A stretch of DNA of 64,000 bases. It comes from Flavobacteriales bacterium. Lineage in GTDB: Bacteria > Bacteroidota > Bacteroidia > UBA10329. Below the pieces are notes generated by a model. That model saw nothing but the letters and a program-made list of their open reading frames with translations. It was not told where the DNA came from and did not search any database. Shown here piece by piece: positions 27,967 through 37,209 of this stretch (the first letter of the stretch is position 1; every line of letters begins with the position of its first letter). The DNA lies in the NCBI GenBank assembly GCA_021741075.1, contig JAIOYO010000002.1, positions 28,848-92,847 on the forward strand. Direction: 5' to 3'. A program made the translations under genes and the position numbers.

Positions 27967-28172
27967 TAGTGCACAAACTCATATGTGTTGATGATGCGCT
28001 TCGGCTGATTATTCCCGACATTCGTAACCGAGGATTTTTCTTATTCTGAGGTTTCCTGATTGGAACACAAAGTCTGCATTGTACAAACAAAATAAGAAAA
28101 GAAACAGCGTAATCAACCCTTGATTCATTGGATGCTATTAACGCCATTCGACTAAAACTTCTAGGTTAGCTA

Positions 28173-29036
28173 ATGAAACAAATGGCAAATGACATGTTAG
28201 ACTCGCTTAGTGTTGAAGACAAAAGCGTAACATACATTTCGGCCGCTCCTGAGAACCTACTGAAGTACGTGCAGCGAGCATGGCACATGAGGAGGTTCGT
28301 AATCACTCTTGCTAAAAGAGAAATTAAGGTTCGGCACGCCAACACGTACTTTGGTCTTTTATGGGTGCTGCTTCAGCCACTGCCTTCAATAATCGTTTTC
28401 ACCTTTTTTTTCGACCGAATTATTCAGGTGGATACAGGGGACGTTCCGTATTCCATTTTTGCGCTTATTGGACTAATTGGCTGGAATTATTTTACCTATT
28501 TATCGGTCTCGTTAGGCAACGTTTTATATGAGTCATCAGATTTAATAAAGAAGATCTATTTCCCTCGAATACTATTGCTTTTATCTCGCGTTCTGTCTGG
28601 TGCTTTGGAGTTCTCAATCTCACTTGTGTTGCTTATTTCAGCAATGTTGATTTTCGGAACTTATCCAGATTCATCATTTTTTTACTTCCCTTTCTTTATT
28701 GTGCTGAATATTCTATTTGGTTTGAGCATTGGCGTATGGCTCTGTATTCTTACCTACAAACGAAAGGACCTAATGCATGTAATTCCGATAATTATAAATT
28801 TTAGCATTTGGCTCACACCTGTTTTTTTTCCGACAACAGTTTTACCAAGCCATCTCGCTGACGTAATGTATATTAACCCAATGACCCTCATTTGCGAAGG
28901 TTATCGATTTGCGCTAGTAGGAGGTCCAGCTCCAGATTTAACCCACTTTGGGTCTGTTCCAGTTATGGTTGTTTTGTTATTATTAGGTTTAAATCAATTT
29001 CGAAAAATTGATTCTCGCATAGCTGAGCATTTATAG
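28173..29036 (+). CDS. ABC-2 type exporter permease (Wzm/TagG/KpsM-like)
   Basis: N-terminal RRFVITLAKREIKVRHANTYFGLLW matches the ABC-2 permease signature, with six TM helices. Confidence 0.7.
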   Translation: MKQMANDMLDSLSVEDKSVTYISAAPENLLKYVQRAWHMRRFVITLAKREIKVRHANTYFGLLWVLLQPLPSIIVFTFFFDRIIQVDTGDVPYSIFALIGLIGWNYFTYLSVSLGNVLYESSDLIKKIYFPRILLLLSRVLSGALEFSISLVLLISAMLIFGTYPDSSFFYFPFFIVLNILFGLSIGVWLCILTYKRKDLMHVIPIIINFSIWLTPVFFPTTVLPSHLADVMYINPMTLICEGYRFALVGGPAPDLTHFGSVPVMVVLLLLGLNQFRKIDSRIAEHL

Positions 29037-29098
29037 TTGATTCATATCATTTTTCACAGAGGCGTATTGGATAGCTTTGATTTAGTAAATTAAAATGA

Positions 29099-30736
29099 AT
29101 GAAACTCGTTACAATTAAAAATATAGAACTGGCCGAAAGCCTTCGAGAAAAAGGATACGGAACAATAAACGGAGTCCTGAAGCCTAAAGACATTAACGAG
29201 CTTTCGTCATTTTTCTATGACCAACTTGAATTTTGTGGAGTTGATACTCCATTCTTCACAACCCATTGGAGCAGTTCTGAAGAGTATCGCAGAAAGGTGG
29301 ACGCAACCGTAAGGCGAGTAGTAGTACCGGCAATTGATAATTGGTTTGGCGACTACAAATGTCTTTTGGGTTATTACCTTTTAAAAAGACCCTCTACTAA
29401 TGGAGTGGTCACTCCACATAGAGATTGGTCGTTAACGGATGAGTCAAAATCAGCAGGATTGATTCTATGGATTCCGCTAACCAACATTAGTGCAGAAAAT
29501 GGCGGATTGGAGGTTGTGCAAAACAGCCACAATAACGCACCGCTTCGAGGAACAAACATTCATCCAGAAGTTCCAACGGAAATAAGTAGGAAAAAACTGT
29601 ATCCAGCAGCAGGTGATGCAATTGTTATGGACAATCGATTACTGCATTGTTCCGAACCCAATTCAAGCATGCATGAAAGGCTGGTAGTAGGTCTCATATT
29701 GCTTCCTAAAGATGCCGAGGTGCTCCATTCGTATCGGAAAGAGGGGGAGCGAGAAACACGAACTGTAAAAACTGGAGACGATTTTCTATTACGCTATCAT
29801 TTCAATCATGATAACCCAACAGATTGTGCGCACCTTGAGCATTATTCGACCAATTCAACAGAAAACTCTCTTTTTGGAAAAGGGAAAGGAAAAAACCAAG
29901 TTTTCCGAGATATTGCCCTAAATAAGACGTTTGAAAAATACGGTTACGTTGTCCTGAAACGGTTCTTGGACGAAGAAACTATTCTACGACTTCGCCAAGT
30001 CTATGAAGAAAACATCGATGTCGTCACCGATAAAGCATTCTATATCAGCCAGTGGAGCAATAAACAAGACAAGAAAGAACGTATAAACAAGGCGGTTCAG
30101 TCGGCTCTCGTTGCGCGTGCTCAGAATTACCTAAATGGGTATGAGCCCGTGTTCGCAGTGTTTGGGGTAAAACACCCTCAGCAAGACAGTGAAATGTACC
30201 TTCACCAAGACTGGGCACATGTGGACGAAACTTATTACCGAACCGTGAATGTTTGGTGCCCATTACTTGACATATCGAAAGACCGCGGTCCAGTACACGT
30301 GATTAACGGAAGTCATCGGCTATTTGACACATGGAGGGGCGTGGATATCCCCGATTCATTCCAGGAAATTGGCGTGGATGAACTCAAAAAGTATCTTACC
30401 GATATTCTGATGGAAGCTGGAGACGTGATAATGTGGGATCATCGCATCATACATGGTTCGGGAGTTAACCATTCTGATGTAACACGCGTTGCTGCCATCG
30501 TTAATATGAAACCAACTGCGGCCAAATTCTACTTATTTTATGCTGACTCAATCGAAAACCCTAAAAAAATTGAGGTTTTTGAACCGTCAGAAGACTTTTT
30601 CGTTAGCAATGACTCAGCAAACGAACCTGGTCTGGTGAAAGAAAAAGCCATTTTCATTCATCAGTTTCCGTATTGTAAGCCGCAGGTAACGGAGGCGGTT
30701 TTGCAACGCTTTATGCTTGATGAATTTCCTAATTAA
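29099..30736 (+). CDS. tandem double PhyH-family dioxygenase (two Fe/2OG domains in one polypeptide)
   Basis: Domain 1: TPHRDWSLTDE ... RLLHCSEPN. Domain 2: LHQDWAHVDE ... RIIHGSGVN. Confidence 0.7.
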   Translation: MKLVTIKNIELAESLREKGYGTINGVLKPKDINELSSFFYDQLEFCGVDTPFFTTHWSSSEEYRRKVDATVRRVVVPAIDNWFGDYKCLLGYYLLKRPSTNGVVTPHRDWSLTDESKSAGLILWIPLTNISAENGGLEVVQNSHNNAPLRGTNIHPEVPTEISRKKLYPAAGDAIVMDNRLLHCSEPNSSMHERLVVGLILLPKDAEVLHSYRKEGERETRTVKTGDDFLLRYHFNHDNPTDCAHLEHYSTNSTENSLFGKGKGKNQVFRDIALNKTFEKYGYVVLKRFLDEETILRLRQVYEENIDVVTDKAFYISQWSNKQDKKERINKAVQSALVARAQNYLNGYEPVFAVFGVKHPQQDSEMYLHQDWAHVDETYYRTVNVWCPLLDISKDRGPVHVINGSHRLFDTWRGVDIPDSFQEIGVDELKKYLTDILMEAGDVIMWDHRIIHGSGVNHSDVTRVAAIVNMKPTAAKFYLFYADSIENPKKIEVFEPSEDFFVSNDSANEPGLVKEKAIFIHQFPYCKPQVTEAVLQRFMLDEFPN

Positions 30737-30745
30737 CATGTTTAA

Positions 30746-32092
30746 AAAACCACGTTCATCGAAACTGTAATTAAGACTATAAGTAGTAAAGAACCCGTTC
30801 TGCGTGTAAGTGGGATAAGTAAATCATTTAAGGGTTCTGCTCAATTCAGAATAGCCCACGAAAAGGGCCCAGTACTAACTGATATCTCATTTCAACTCGT
30901 TAAAGGTGATGTTCTTGGACTCGTTGGAAACAACGGGGCAGGTAAAAGCACACTTCTTAAAATAATTTCAGGACTAATCGCCCCAGATGCAGGAAGTGTA
31001 AGTTACAAGGGTAAGTTACTATCCATTTTAGATATTGGATCGGGTTTTCATCTTGATTTGACAGGGAGAGAAAACGTATTTATGGCGGGTCAATTATTTG
31101 GCCTTCAAAAAGAAGAAATAGCCACTAAGCTTGAAGAGATTGTGAAATTCAGCGGTCAAGGAGCACACATGGATACTCCGGTAAAGCATTATTCAAGCGG
31201 AATGTTTTTGCGTTTAGCATTCTCCGTGGCAACGACATTTCCGTCAGATATTCTTCTGTTAGATGAAGTAATGAGCGTTGGAGACATGAAATTTCAGGAG
31301 GAATCTGTCGACCGCATCAGGCAGATAACAAGTAGCGGAACCACGGTAATATTTGCTAGTCACGAACTTCCAGCGATACTAATGTTGTGTAATAAAGTTA
31401 TGCTTCTAGAAAATGGTATGATTAGTCGGTTTGGCGCTCCAAATAAAATAATTGAAGAATACTTAGAAAAAGAAGCGTTTAGTGAGCTACTGGGCAATGA
31501 AACTATTGCTGAAGGTGAAGCGATGTCAGCTCGCGGCCCGCAAAACCCAGAAAAAACCAACGATTTTGAGCCGACCGTTGATATTGAAGCCTCTATTTCG
31601 AACACAATAAGCGAATTAGAGAATCTAGAATCAACTAACCTGAACTTTGATGTGACGGTACACGATGCGTTTGTCTATGCTGATCAAAAAGAGAGGACGG
31701 ATACGATTTCTGCAGATGACAAAGTCTGTTTGTATATTGACTTTTCAAAAGACTGGGAAGGTCCAATCATATTATCAGCCGTTTTTACAGATAAGTTTAG
31801 AAACAACCTCATGAGTTTCTGTAACTATCGACCACTTAGGAAGGAGGAACATGTAGAAACTTCTCTGCCAGGAAGGTACGCTCTTCGACTTCGGCTTCCT
31901 GAAGGTTTTCTTAACGCTGGCCTTTTTCGTGTAAACCTATATTTCGCTAATGCACAGCAGATTACAACACTTGCTCTGGAGGATTATCTTTCCTTCCGAA
32001 TATCTCCCAGCGGCTATCGCCTCAAAGAATATCATAATATTGGAAACTATACTGGGCCTCTTTATCCACTCGGAGAATGGTCGCGCGCTTAA
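30746..32092 (+). CDS. ABC transporter ATP-binding protein, Wzt/TagH-like with C-terminal substrate-binding extension (start unresolved; possible frameshift)
   Basis: Walker A GNNGAGKST at about 30930, Q-loop, signature YSSGMFLRLAF, Walker B LLLDEVMSVGD, plus a C-terminal domain of about 170 aa. The frame is open from 30746 but has no ATG before the Walker A; an ATG at 30738 is in another frame, across an A6 run. Confidence 0.6.
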   Translation, partial: KTTFIETVIKTISSKEPVLRVSGISKSFKGSAQFRIAHEKGPVLTDISFQLVKGDVLGLVGNNGAGKSTLLKIISGLIAPDAGSVSYKGKLLSILDIGSGFHLDLTGRENVFMAGQLFGLQKEEIATKLEEIVKFSGQGAHMDTPVKHYSSGMFLRLAFSVATTFPSDILLLDEVMSVGDMKFQEESVDRIRQITSSGTTVIFASHELPAILMLCNKVMLLENGMISRFGAPNKIIEEYLEKEAFSELLGNETIAEGEAMSARGPQNPEKTNDFEPTVDIEASISNTISELENLESTNLNFDVTVHDAFVYADQKERTDTISADDKVCLYIDFSKDWEGPIILSAVFTDKFRNNLMSFCNYRPLRKEEHVETSLPGRYALRLRLPEGFLNAGLFRVNLYFANAQQITTLALEDYLSFRISPSGYRLKEYHNIGNYTGPLYPLGEWSRA

Positions 32093-32126
32093 ATTTTCTA
32101 TTTAGGTTACTTTAATCAACGAACTT

Positions 32127-32873
32127 TTGCAACAAGCCCCAACAGTTTCTGTTATTATTCCCCTCTACAAGAGCAAGCAGCTTTTCAAAAACATCATCAA
32201 CTTGACCCAAGAACTATTTCCCCTGCTTGGGTCAAAATCAGAACTTTTACTCATTAACGATGGAGATTCCGACCTTTTTGACCTCACTGTATTCGATGCG
32301 TTCACAACTATTAGCCGGTCTGTAACTTTACTGAGCCTTAGAAAAAATTTTGGTCAAATGACCGCCACTCTTTGCGGAATGAGCTTGGCAAAGAGCCCTA
32401 TTATACTGACAATAGATGCTGATTTTTACTGTGATTCAAACGTACTGAAAGAGTTAGTGATTAAGGCACAGGCTTCAAAGCACATCGCGTACATAGATTT
32501 ACAAGAACCAAACAACAACTTACCCATTCATCGAAAGGTTCTGAGTTGGATAAACAGAAAGGCCTTTACCCTCCTTGTTCACAATCCAGAATTGCATGCT
32601 TATACTGGGTCTTCAATTAGAGCAATTGAGCAATCATTGGTTGAAAGACTTATTCAAGAACACCGCAGTTCTGAATTAATGGATGTATGGTTGTTAAATA
32701 ATGCATTGAAGGTGTCGTTTATTCCCGTTAGCCAAAAAGGTGAGTCTAGTTCTTCTTATTCAATCACCTCCTTGATATCTTTCACATTTAGATTCATCCA
32801 TGGTTTGTTCAAGAAAAACAGCCGTTTCAAGGCTACTGACTATATTTATCAAATAGAAAAATTAAGCGGTTGA
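32127..32873 (+). CDS. GT2 family glycosyltransferase
   Basis: VSVIIPLYKS ... INDGDSD ... TIDADF (DXD). Confidence 0.6.
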   Translation: MQQAPTVSVIIPLYKSKQLFKNIINLTQELFPLLGSKSELLLINDGDSDLFDLTVFDAFTTISRSVTLLSLRKNFGQMTATLCGMSLAKSPIILTIDADFYCDSNVLKELVIKAQASKHIAYIDLQEPNNNLPIHRKVLSWINRKAFTLLVHNPELHAYTGSSIRAIEQSLVERLIQEHRSSELMDVWLLNNALKVSFIPVSQKGESSSSYSITSLISFTFRFIHGLFKKNSRFKATDYIYQIEKLSG

Positions 32874-34288
32874 CCGAAAAAAAAGGCCTTTCTGTTCTTA
32901 AAACAAAGTCTAGTGATGTTGAGGTTGTTTTCATAAACCCACGAGACTTGGTTGCTTGTGTGCCATATGTAAAGTTAGCCTCACTTGCAGGAACCCTTCG
33001 TGGTAACGGAATCCGCTCCCTTATTATAGAGCCAACGGCTACGAGGCTAAGTACAGCCGATGTGGTTCAACGTATCATTGATATTGATCCTAAAATCGTA
33101 TGTATTGGAGCATTCCCTTCCACTCTTCCTGATGCTTACAAACTAACATGTGAGCTAAAAAAGGAGGTGCCAAATACTACGTTGATACTGGAAGGCTACC
33201 ATGTAAATGCCGACCCTTCGATTCTAGTGGAAATGGATATTGAATGGGGTCTTCGAGGAGATGCTGAGTTGGCATTTGTCAATCTCTGTAAACACATATT
33301 ATCTGGTGAATCGTTTGATAATTCCATTCCAGGACTTGTACATTACATTGGGGGTATACTTAAAGACAATGGGCCAGCAACAATCAAGGATCTTGATTCA
33401 CTGCCCCTGCCCGCTTACGATTTGTTGTCTGTAGAGCGCTACTATTCTGCAAGCACCAACAAGCGATATATGCAGCTGTTCACCACACGTGGCTGTCCGT
33501 ACAATTGTAATTTCTGCGCTAACCCAACACAAATGAGTTTTCGCTATTTGAGCAACGAAAGAGTGCTGCAACACCTTAACGTACTCGTAAAAGACTGCCG
33601 TGTAGAATGGGTGGAATTTATGGATCTAACGTTTACAGTAAATCGCAAACGCACACTGTCTATGTGTCAAGCAATTATTGACTTTGGTGTTCATTTTGAC
33701 TGGGGATGTGAGACCCGAGCAGACTTGATAGATGAAGAATTGTTGTTAAAAATGAAGGACGCGGGTTGCAAAAAAATCACTTTCGGTGTTGAGTCTGGCG
33801 CGGAGCATGTTCGTTTTAGAACGGGAAAGAAAATTACCAATCAGCAGTGCATAGAAGCTTTCGATTTATGTCGAAAGCACGGAGTAAAAACAATGGCCAA
33901 TTTCATTTTCGGCCATCCCAACGAGACAGAATCTGAAATGTGGGAGACCGTACGCTTTGCAGCAAAACTAAAACCGTTCAACGTCATGTTTACGCGAATG
34001 GTGCCTATGCCAGATGTGGAGGTTTATAAATTGGGTATAAAAGAAAAACAATTCGGTTCTGATGTTTGGGTACGGTACATGAAGGGCGAAATAGAACATC
34101 CCACCTATATCCCTAACACCATTGACAAGTCTTTGATGAATAAGATGTACCAATTAGCTTACCTGCGGTACTATCTTTCTTTAAGAGTTATGCGAAGCTA
34201 CCTACCTCTGCTAATTGAACCTAAATTTTTTGTGCAATCAATTATCGTTTTTGGTCGAATGGCCTTCGGAAAACCTGTATTTAAATGA
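32870..34288 (+). CDS. B12-binding domain radical SAM protein (class B rSAM, probable methyltransferase)
   Basis: N-terminal Rossmann-like B12-binding region, then TTRGCPYNCNFCANP (Cx3Cx2C). Confidence 0.65.
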   Translation: MTEKKGLSVLKTKSSDVEVVFINPRDLVACVPYVKLASLAGTLRGNGIRSLIIEPTATRLSTADVVQRIIDIDPKIVCIGAFPSTLPDAYKLTCELKKEVPNTTLILEGYHVNADPSILVEMDIEWGLRGDAELAFVNLCKHILSGESFDNSIPGLVHYIGGILKDNGPATIKDLDSLPLPAYDLLSVERYYSASTNKRYMQLFTTRGCPYNCNFCANPTQMSFRYLSNERVLQHLNVLVKDCRVEWVEFMDLTFTVNRKRTLSMCQAIIDFGVHFDWGCETRADLIDEELLLKMKDAGCKKITFGVESGAEHVRFRTGKKITNQQCIEAFDLCRKHGVKTMANFIFGHPNETESEMWETVRFAAKLKPFNVMFTRMVPMPDVEVYKLGIKEKQFGSDVWVRYMKGEIEHPTYIPNTIDKSLMNKMYQLAYLRYYLSLRVMRSYLPLLIEPKFFVQSIIVFGRMAFGKPVFK

Positions 34289-34812
34289 ACCTACGAAAAA
34301 TCTTTACCTCGTTTTTTAAGTCAGAAAATATTCCGGTTAATTCGATTCACAACTTATCGATTAAAACCCTCGAAGGAGAGCCTTTTTCCTTAAGCCAATT
34401 CAAGGGCAAAAAGCTGCTAATTGTAAATGTGGCTTCTGCATGTGGTCTCACTCCACAGTACGAGCAACTGCAACAGCTTTACGTCAAGTACCATGGCAAA
34501 CTGGAAATTCTAGGTATTCCTTGCAACGATTTTGCTGGGCAAGAACCCGGAACGCCAGAACAGATACTTGAATTCTGTAAAATCAATTATGATGTCTCTT
34601 TTCTGCTAACAGAAAAAGTGAACATTAAAACCGAGCCTATTCATCCGCTATATACTTTTCTTACCAGAAAGGAGAATAATGGGCTTCAAGACTCAGAAGT
34701 AGATTGGAATTTTCAGAAGTATTTGCTTAATGAGCAAGGTGTGTTAATTCAAGTTTTATCACCAGCAACAGAGCCTCTTTCGTCCGAGTTGTGTGCTGCC
34801 ATAGATGCGTAG
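34285..34812 (+). CDS. glutathione peroxidase family protein (Cys-type)
   Basis: LLIVNVASACGLTPQY ... ILGIPCNDFAGQEPG is the classic GPx/BtuE signature, with Cys rather than Sec. Confidence 0.8.
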   Translation: MNLRKIFTSFFKSENIPVNSIHNLSIKTLEGEPFSLSQFKGKKLLIVNVASACGLTPQYEQLQQLYVKYHGKLEILGIPCNDFAGQEPGTPEQILEFCKINYDVSFLLTEKVNIKTEPIHPLYTFLTRKENNGLQDSEVDWNFQKYLLNEQGVLIQVLSPATEPLSSELCAAIDA

Positions 34813-34909
34813 TTTTGAGAAATTCATTCAAATTGGCTTGATTGCAAGTTATATTTGAGACAATGCGATTTTACGGCTACGCGCAATAAATTCCGTTAAT
34901 TACTGGAAA

Positions 34910-36412
34910 ATGGCGAAGGTTCTATTTGTACAAGATATCGTTTACGAATACTTTGGAGTAATGTACATGAGTGCATACCTCAAAAAACATGGCCACGACT
35001 GTGACGTTGTTGTAGAATTTGCAGAAAAAGACTGGATGGAATCCGTGCGCAAGTACAAACCGGATATAATAGCTTTCTCTGTGCTTAGTGGGAGTTACAA
35101 CTGGGCAATCGATCGCGCAACACGATTAAAAAATGAGTTTGGAGCTCCAATCGTTTTCGGAGGCGTTCACGTGTACCTTAACCCAGCAGAAACAATTACC
35201 CAATCCTGTATAGACGCAATATGTATTGGAGAAGGAGAGATTCCGCTTAAAGAGCTGTGCGATGAATTTGATCGGTTAGGTCAAATGCCAAATGATGTAA
35301 AGGGTTTCTGGTTCAAAAACGAAGACGGATCTATACAGAAGAACGCACATCAACGTTTGGTCGAAGACCTTGATAGTCTGCCATTTGCTGATAGAGATAT
35401 CTATTACAAATACCCAAGTATCAAACGAAGAAACATTCTTCCGATGTTAGGCAGTAGAGGATGCCCATATACTTGCTCTTATTGCGTTATTCCAGCGGCT
35501 AAAAAAGTCTTTGAAGGCCAGGGCAAATTCATTCGCGAACGTTCTGCCGAAAGCATTCTAGAAGAGGTAGAGTTTTGCATTTCAAAATCAGACCGAAAGG
35601 AGTTTGTTCATTTTGTTGAGGACCACTTTGGCAATAATCGGCAGCTTGCACTTAAAGTACTACGAGGAATCTCCAAATTAAACAATGGCACGTTGGCATG
35701 GGGAGGTGCGATTAGGGTCGAACGTTTTAATAAGGAAGAATACGTTAAGGAATTAAGCACCACTAATCACGGGCTATTAGGAATTGCTGTAGAGTGTGGC
35801 GATGAAGACTATAGGCGAGACGTATTGAAGAGACCTGTTACAAATGCGCAAATTAGGGAGGCAGCAACTCTTGCTCGAAAATATGGCATTCAATTCGATA
35901 CATTAAATATGATCGGGTTACCAGGGGAAACCTTTGAACAAGCATTGAAAACTCTTGATTTAAACATTGAACTAAAACCCGTATTTGCCAATTGTTACGT
36001 CTACCAACCATATCCTGGGACTGATTTGCAGAAATTTTCCGTTGAACATGGACTCATTGACCCTAAGGTCATAGCAAATATTGGTCTTTCTTTTTACGAC
36101 CGGTATTGGAAAAGCAATAAAGAGCACAATACGATAATAAACCTACAGCGCATTTTTGGACTCGCGGTAAAATTCCCCATTCTCAAACAACCTCTAGTTT
36201 TCATTGCAAGAAAAGACATCCGCCCAATAGCCGATATGATTTTCGGGGCTTATTACATGTGGTGGCTGCTTTATTATTATAAACTGACACTAGGTCAAGT
36301 TGCCAACCTAGTTTACACTTGGACGCGATCCAAGTTCTCATTCCATGATGGCCCAGCGGCCGAGAGCATTAGGCAAGGAGAAGGTCAACTTTATCCTGAC
36401 ATTCGAGAATGA
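34910..36412 (+). CDS. B12-binding domain radical SAM protein (class B rSAM)
   Basis: N-terminal B12-binding-like region, then LGSRGCPYTCSYCVIP (Cx3Cx2C). Confidence 0.65.
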   Translation: MAKVLFVQDIVYEYFGVMYMSAYLKKHGHDCDVVVEFAEKDWMESVRKYKPDIIAFSVLSGSYNWAIDRATRLKNEFGAPIVFGGVHVYLNPAETITQSCIDAICIGEGEIPLKELCDEFDRLGQMPNDVKGFWFKNEDGSIQKNAHQRLVEDLDSLPFADRDIYYKYPSIKRRNILPMLGSRGCPYTCSYCVIPAAKKVFEGQGKFIRERSAESILEEVEFCISKSDRKEFVHFVEDHFGNNRQLALKVLRGISKLNNGTLAWGGAIRVERFNKEEYVKELSTTNHGLLGIAVECGDEDYRRDVLKRPVTNAQIREAATLARKYGIQFDTLNMIGLPGETFEQALKTLDLNIELKPVFANCYVYQPYPGTDLQKFSVEHGLIDPKVIANIGLSFYDRYWKSNKEHNTIINLQRIFGLAVKFPILKQPLVFIARKDIRPIADMIFGAYYMWWLLYYYKLTLGQVANLVYTWTRSKFSFHDGPAAESIRQGEGQLYPDIRE

Positions 36413-37209
36413 CCCGCCTTAAACACGCTAGCAACGCCCCTGAGCTTTGGTTTGCAGATTTCGATGGAACTTATTTAGGAGAGCAAATCGATTTTCTACC
36501 CAAAGAACACGACCCTATATGCCATGAGTTAGAAAAACTATATCCCGAAATCCTTAAGGAAGTCTCTTTCTTGTGGGTAAACCCAAATGCTTTCAATAAT
36601 TATGATTTGTTTGACGACAAACAATTTCCTGTTGGGTCTTGGAAAAAGATAGTGCTCAAAGTCTGGGGTATAACTCTGAAGTCCAATAGCGCGCAATTTC
36701 CCATAATTGCTTCACTGCTTTTAAATTATCGCAAAAGAGTAACCAGTTGTCAAATTACGCGCCTTGCCCCCAACTCTCTAATTAAACCACACTGTGGAGA
36801 AACAAACTCAATTATAAGAATTCACTTAGGTCTCAATGTTCCAGATTGCTCAATAGAGGAGTGTGGAATCAGAGTTGGTGCATCAAAAAAGCAATGGAAC
36901 AACGGAAAAGTGCTTTGCTTTCTGGATGCCACAGACCACGAAGTTTGGAACAATTCACAGTTCTATAGGTATGTCTTAATAGTGGATGTCCTAAGGCCTG
37001 ATTTTCAATCCCGAGCTTCACTCATATGTTCCCGAATTATCATTTCCCAAGCAATTTTCATGGTTCTCATTAGCCTAAGGCTAAAAAAGCTGGCGCAAAT
37101 GATTCCTTCTCAAGTGCTTGCGTTTCTAGCACACATATTTCGATATCCGATAGCCCTTATTTCGTTCATTCTTAATTATCGAATAAATGATAGGGCAAAC
37201 CAACATTGA
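36409..37209 (+). CDS. aspartyl/asparaginyl beta-hydroxylase family Fe/2OG oxygenase (AspH/LpxO-like)
   Basis: HCGETNSIIRIHLGL matches the AspH/LpxO H-x-G-x-T-N-x-x-x-R-x-H-L-G-L motif. Confidence 0.6.
   Translation: MTRLKHASNAPELWFADFDGTYLGEQIDFLPKEHDPICHELEKLYPEILKEVSFLWVNPNAFNNYDLFDDKQFPVGSWKKIVLKVWGITLKSNSAQFPIIASLLLNYRKRVTSCQITRLAPNSLIKPHCGETNSIIRIHLGLNVPDCSIEECGIRVGASKKQWNNGKVLCFLDATDHEVWNNSQFYRYVLIVDVLRPDFQSRASLICSRIIISQAIFMVLISLRLKKLAQMIPSQVLAFLAHIFRYPIALISFILNYRINDRANQH

Noticed and set aside
34285-34812. Possible selenocysteine (TGA-recoded) glutathione peroxidase
   Set aside because: The active-site codon is TGT/TGC Cys (..ASACGLT..), with no in-frame TGA and no SECIS-like hairpin needed. 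It is an ordinary Cys-GPx.
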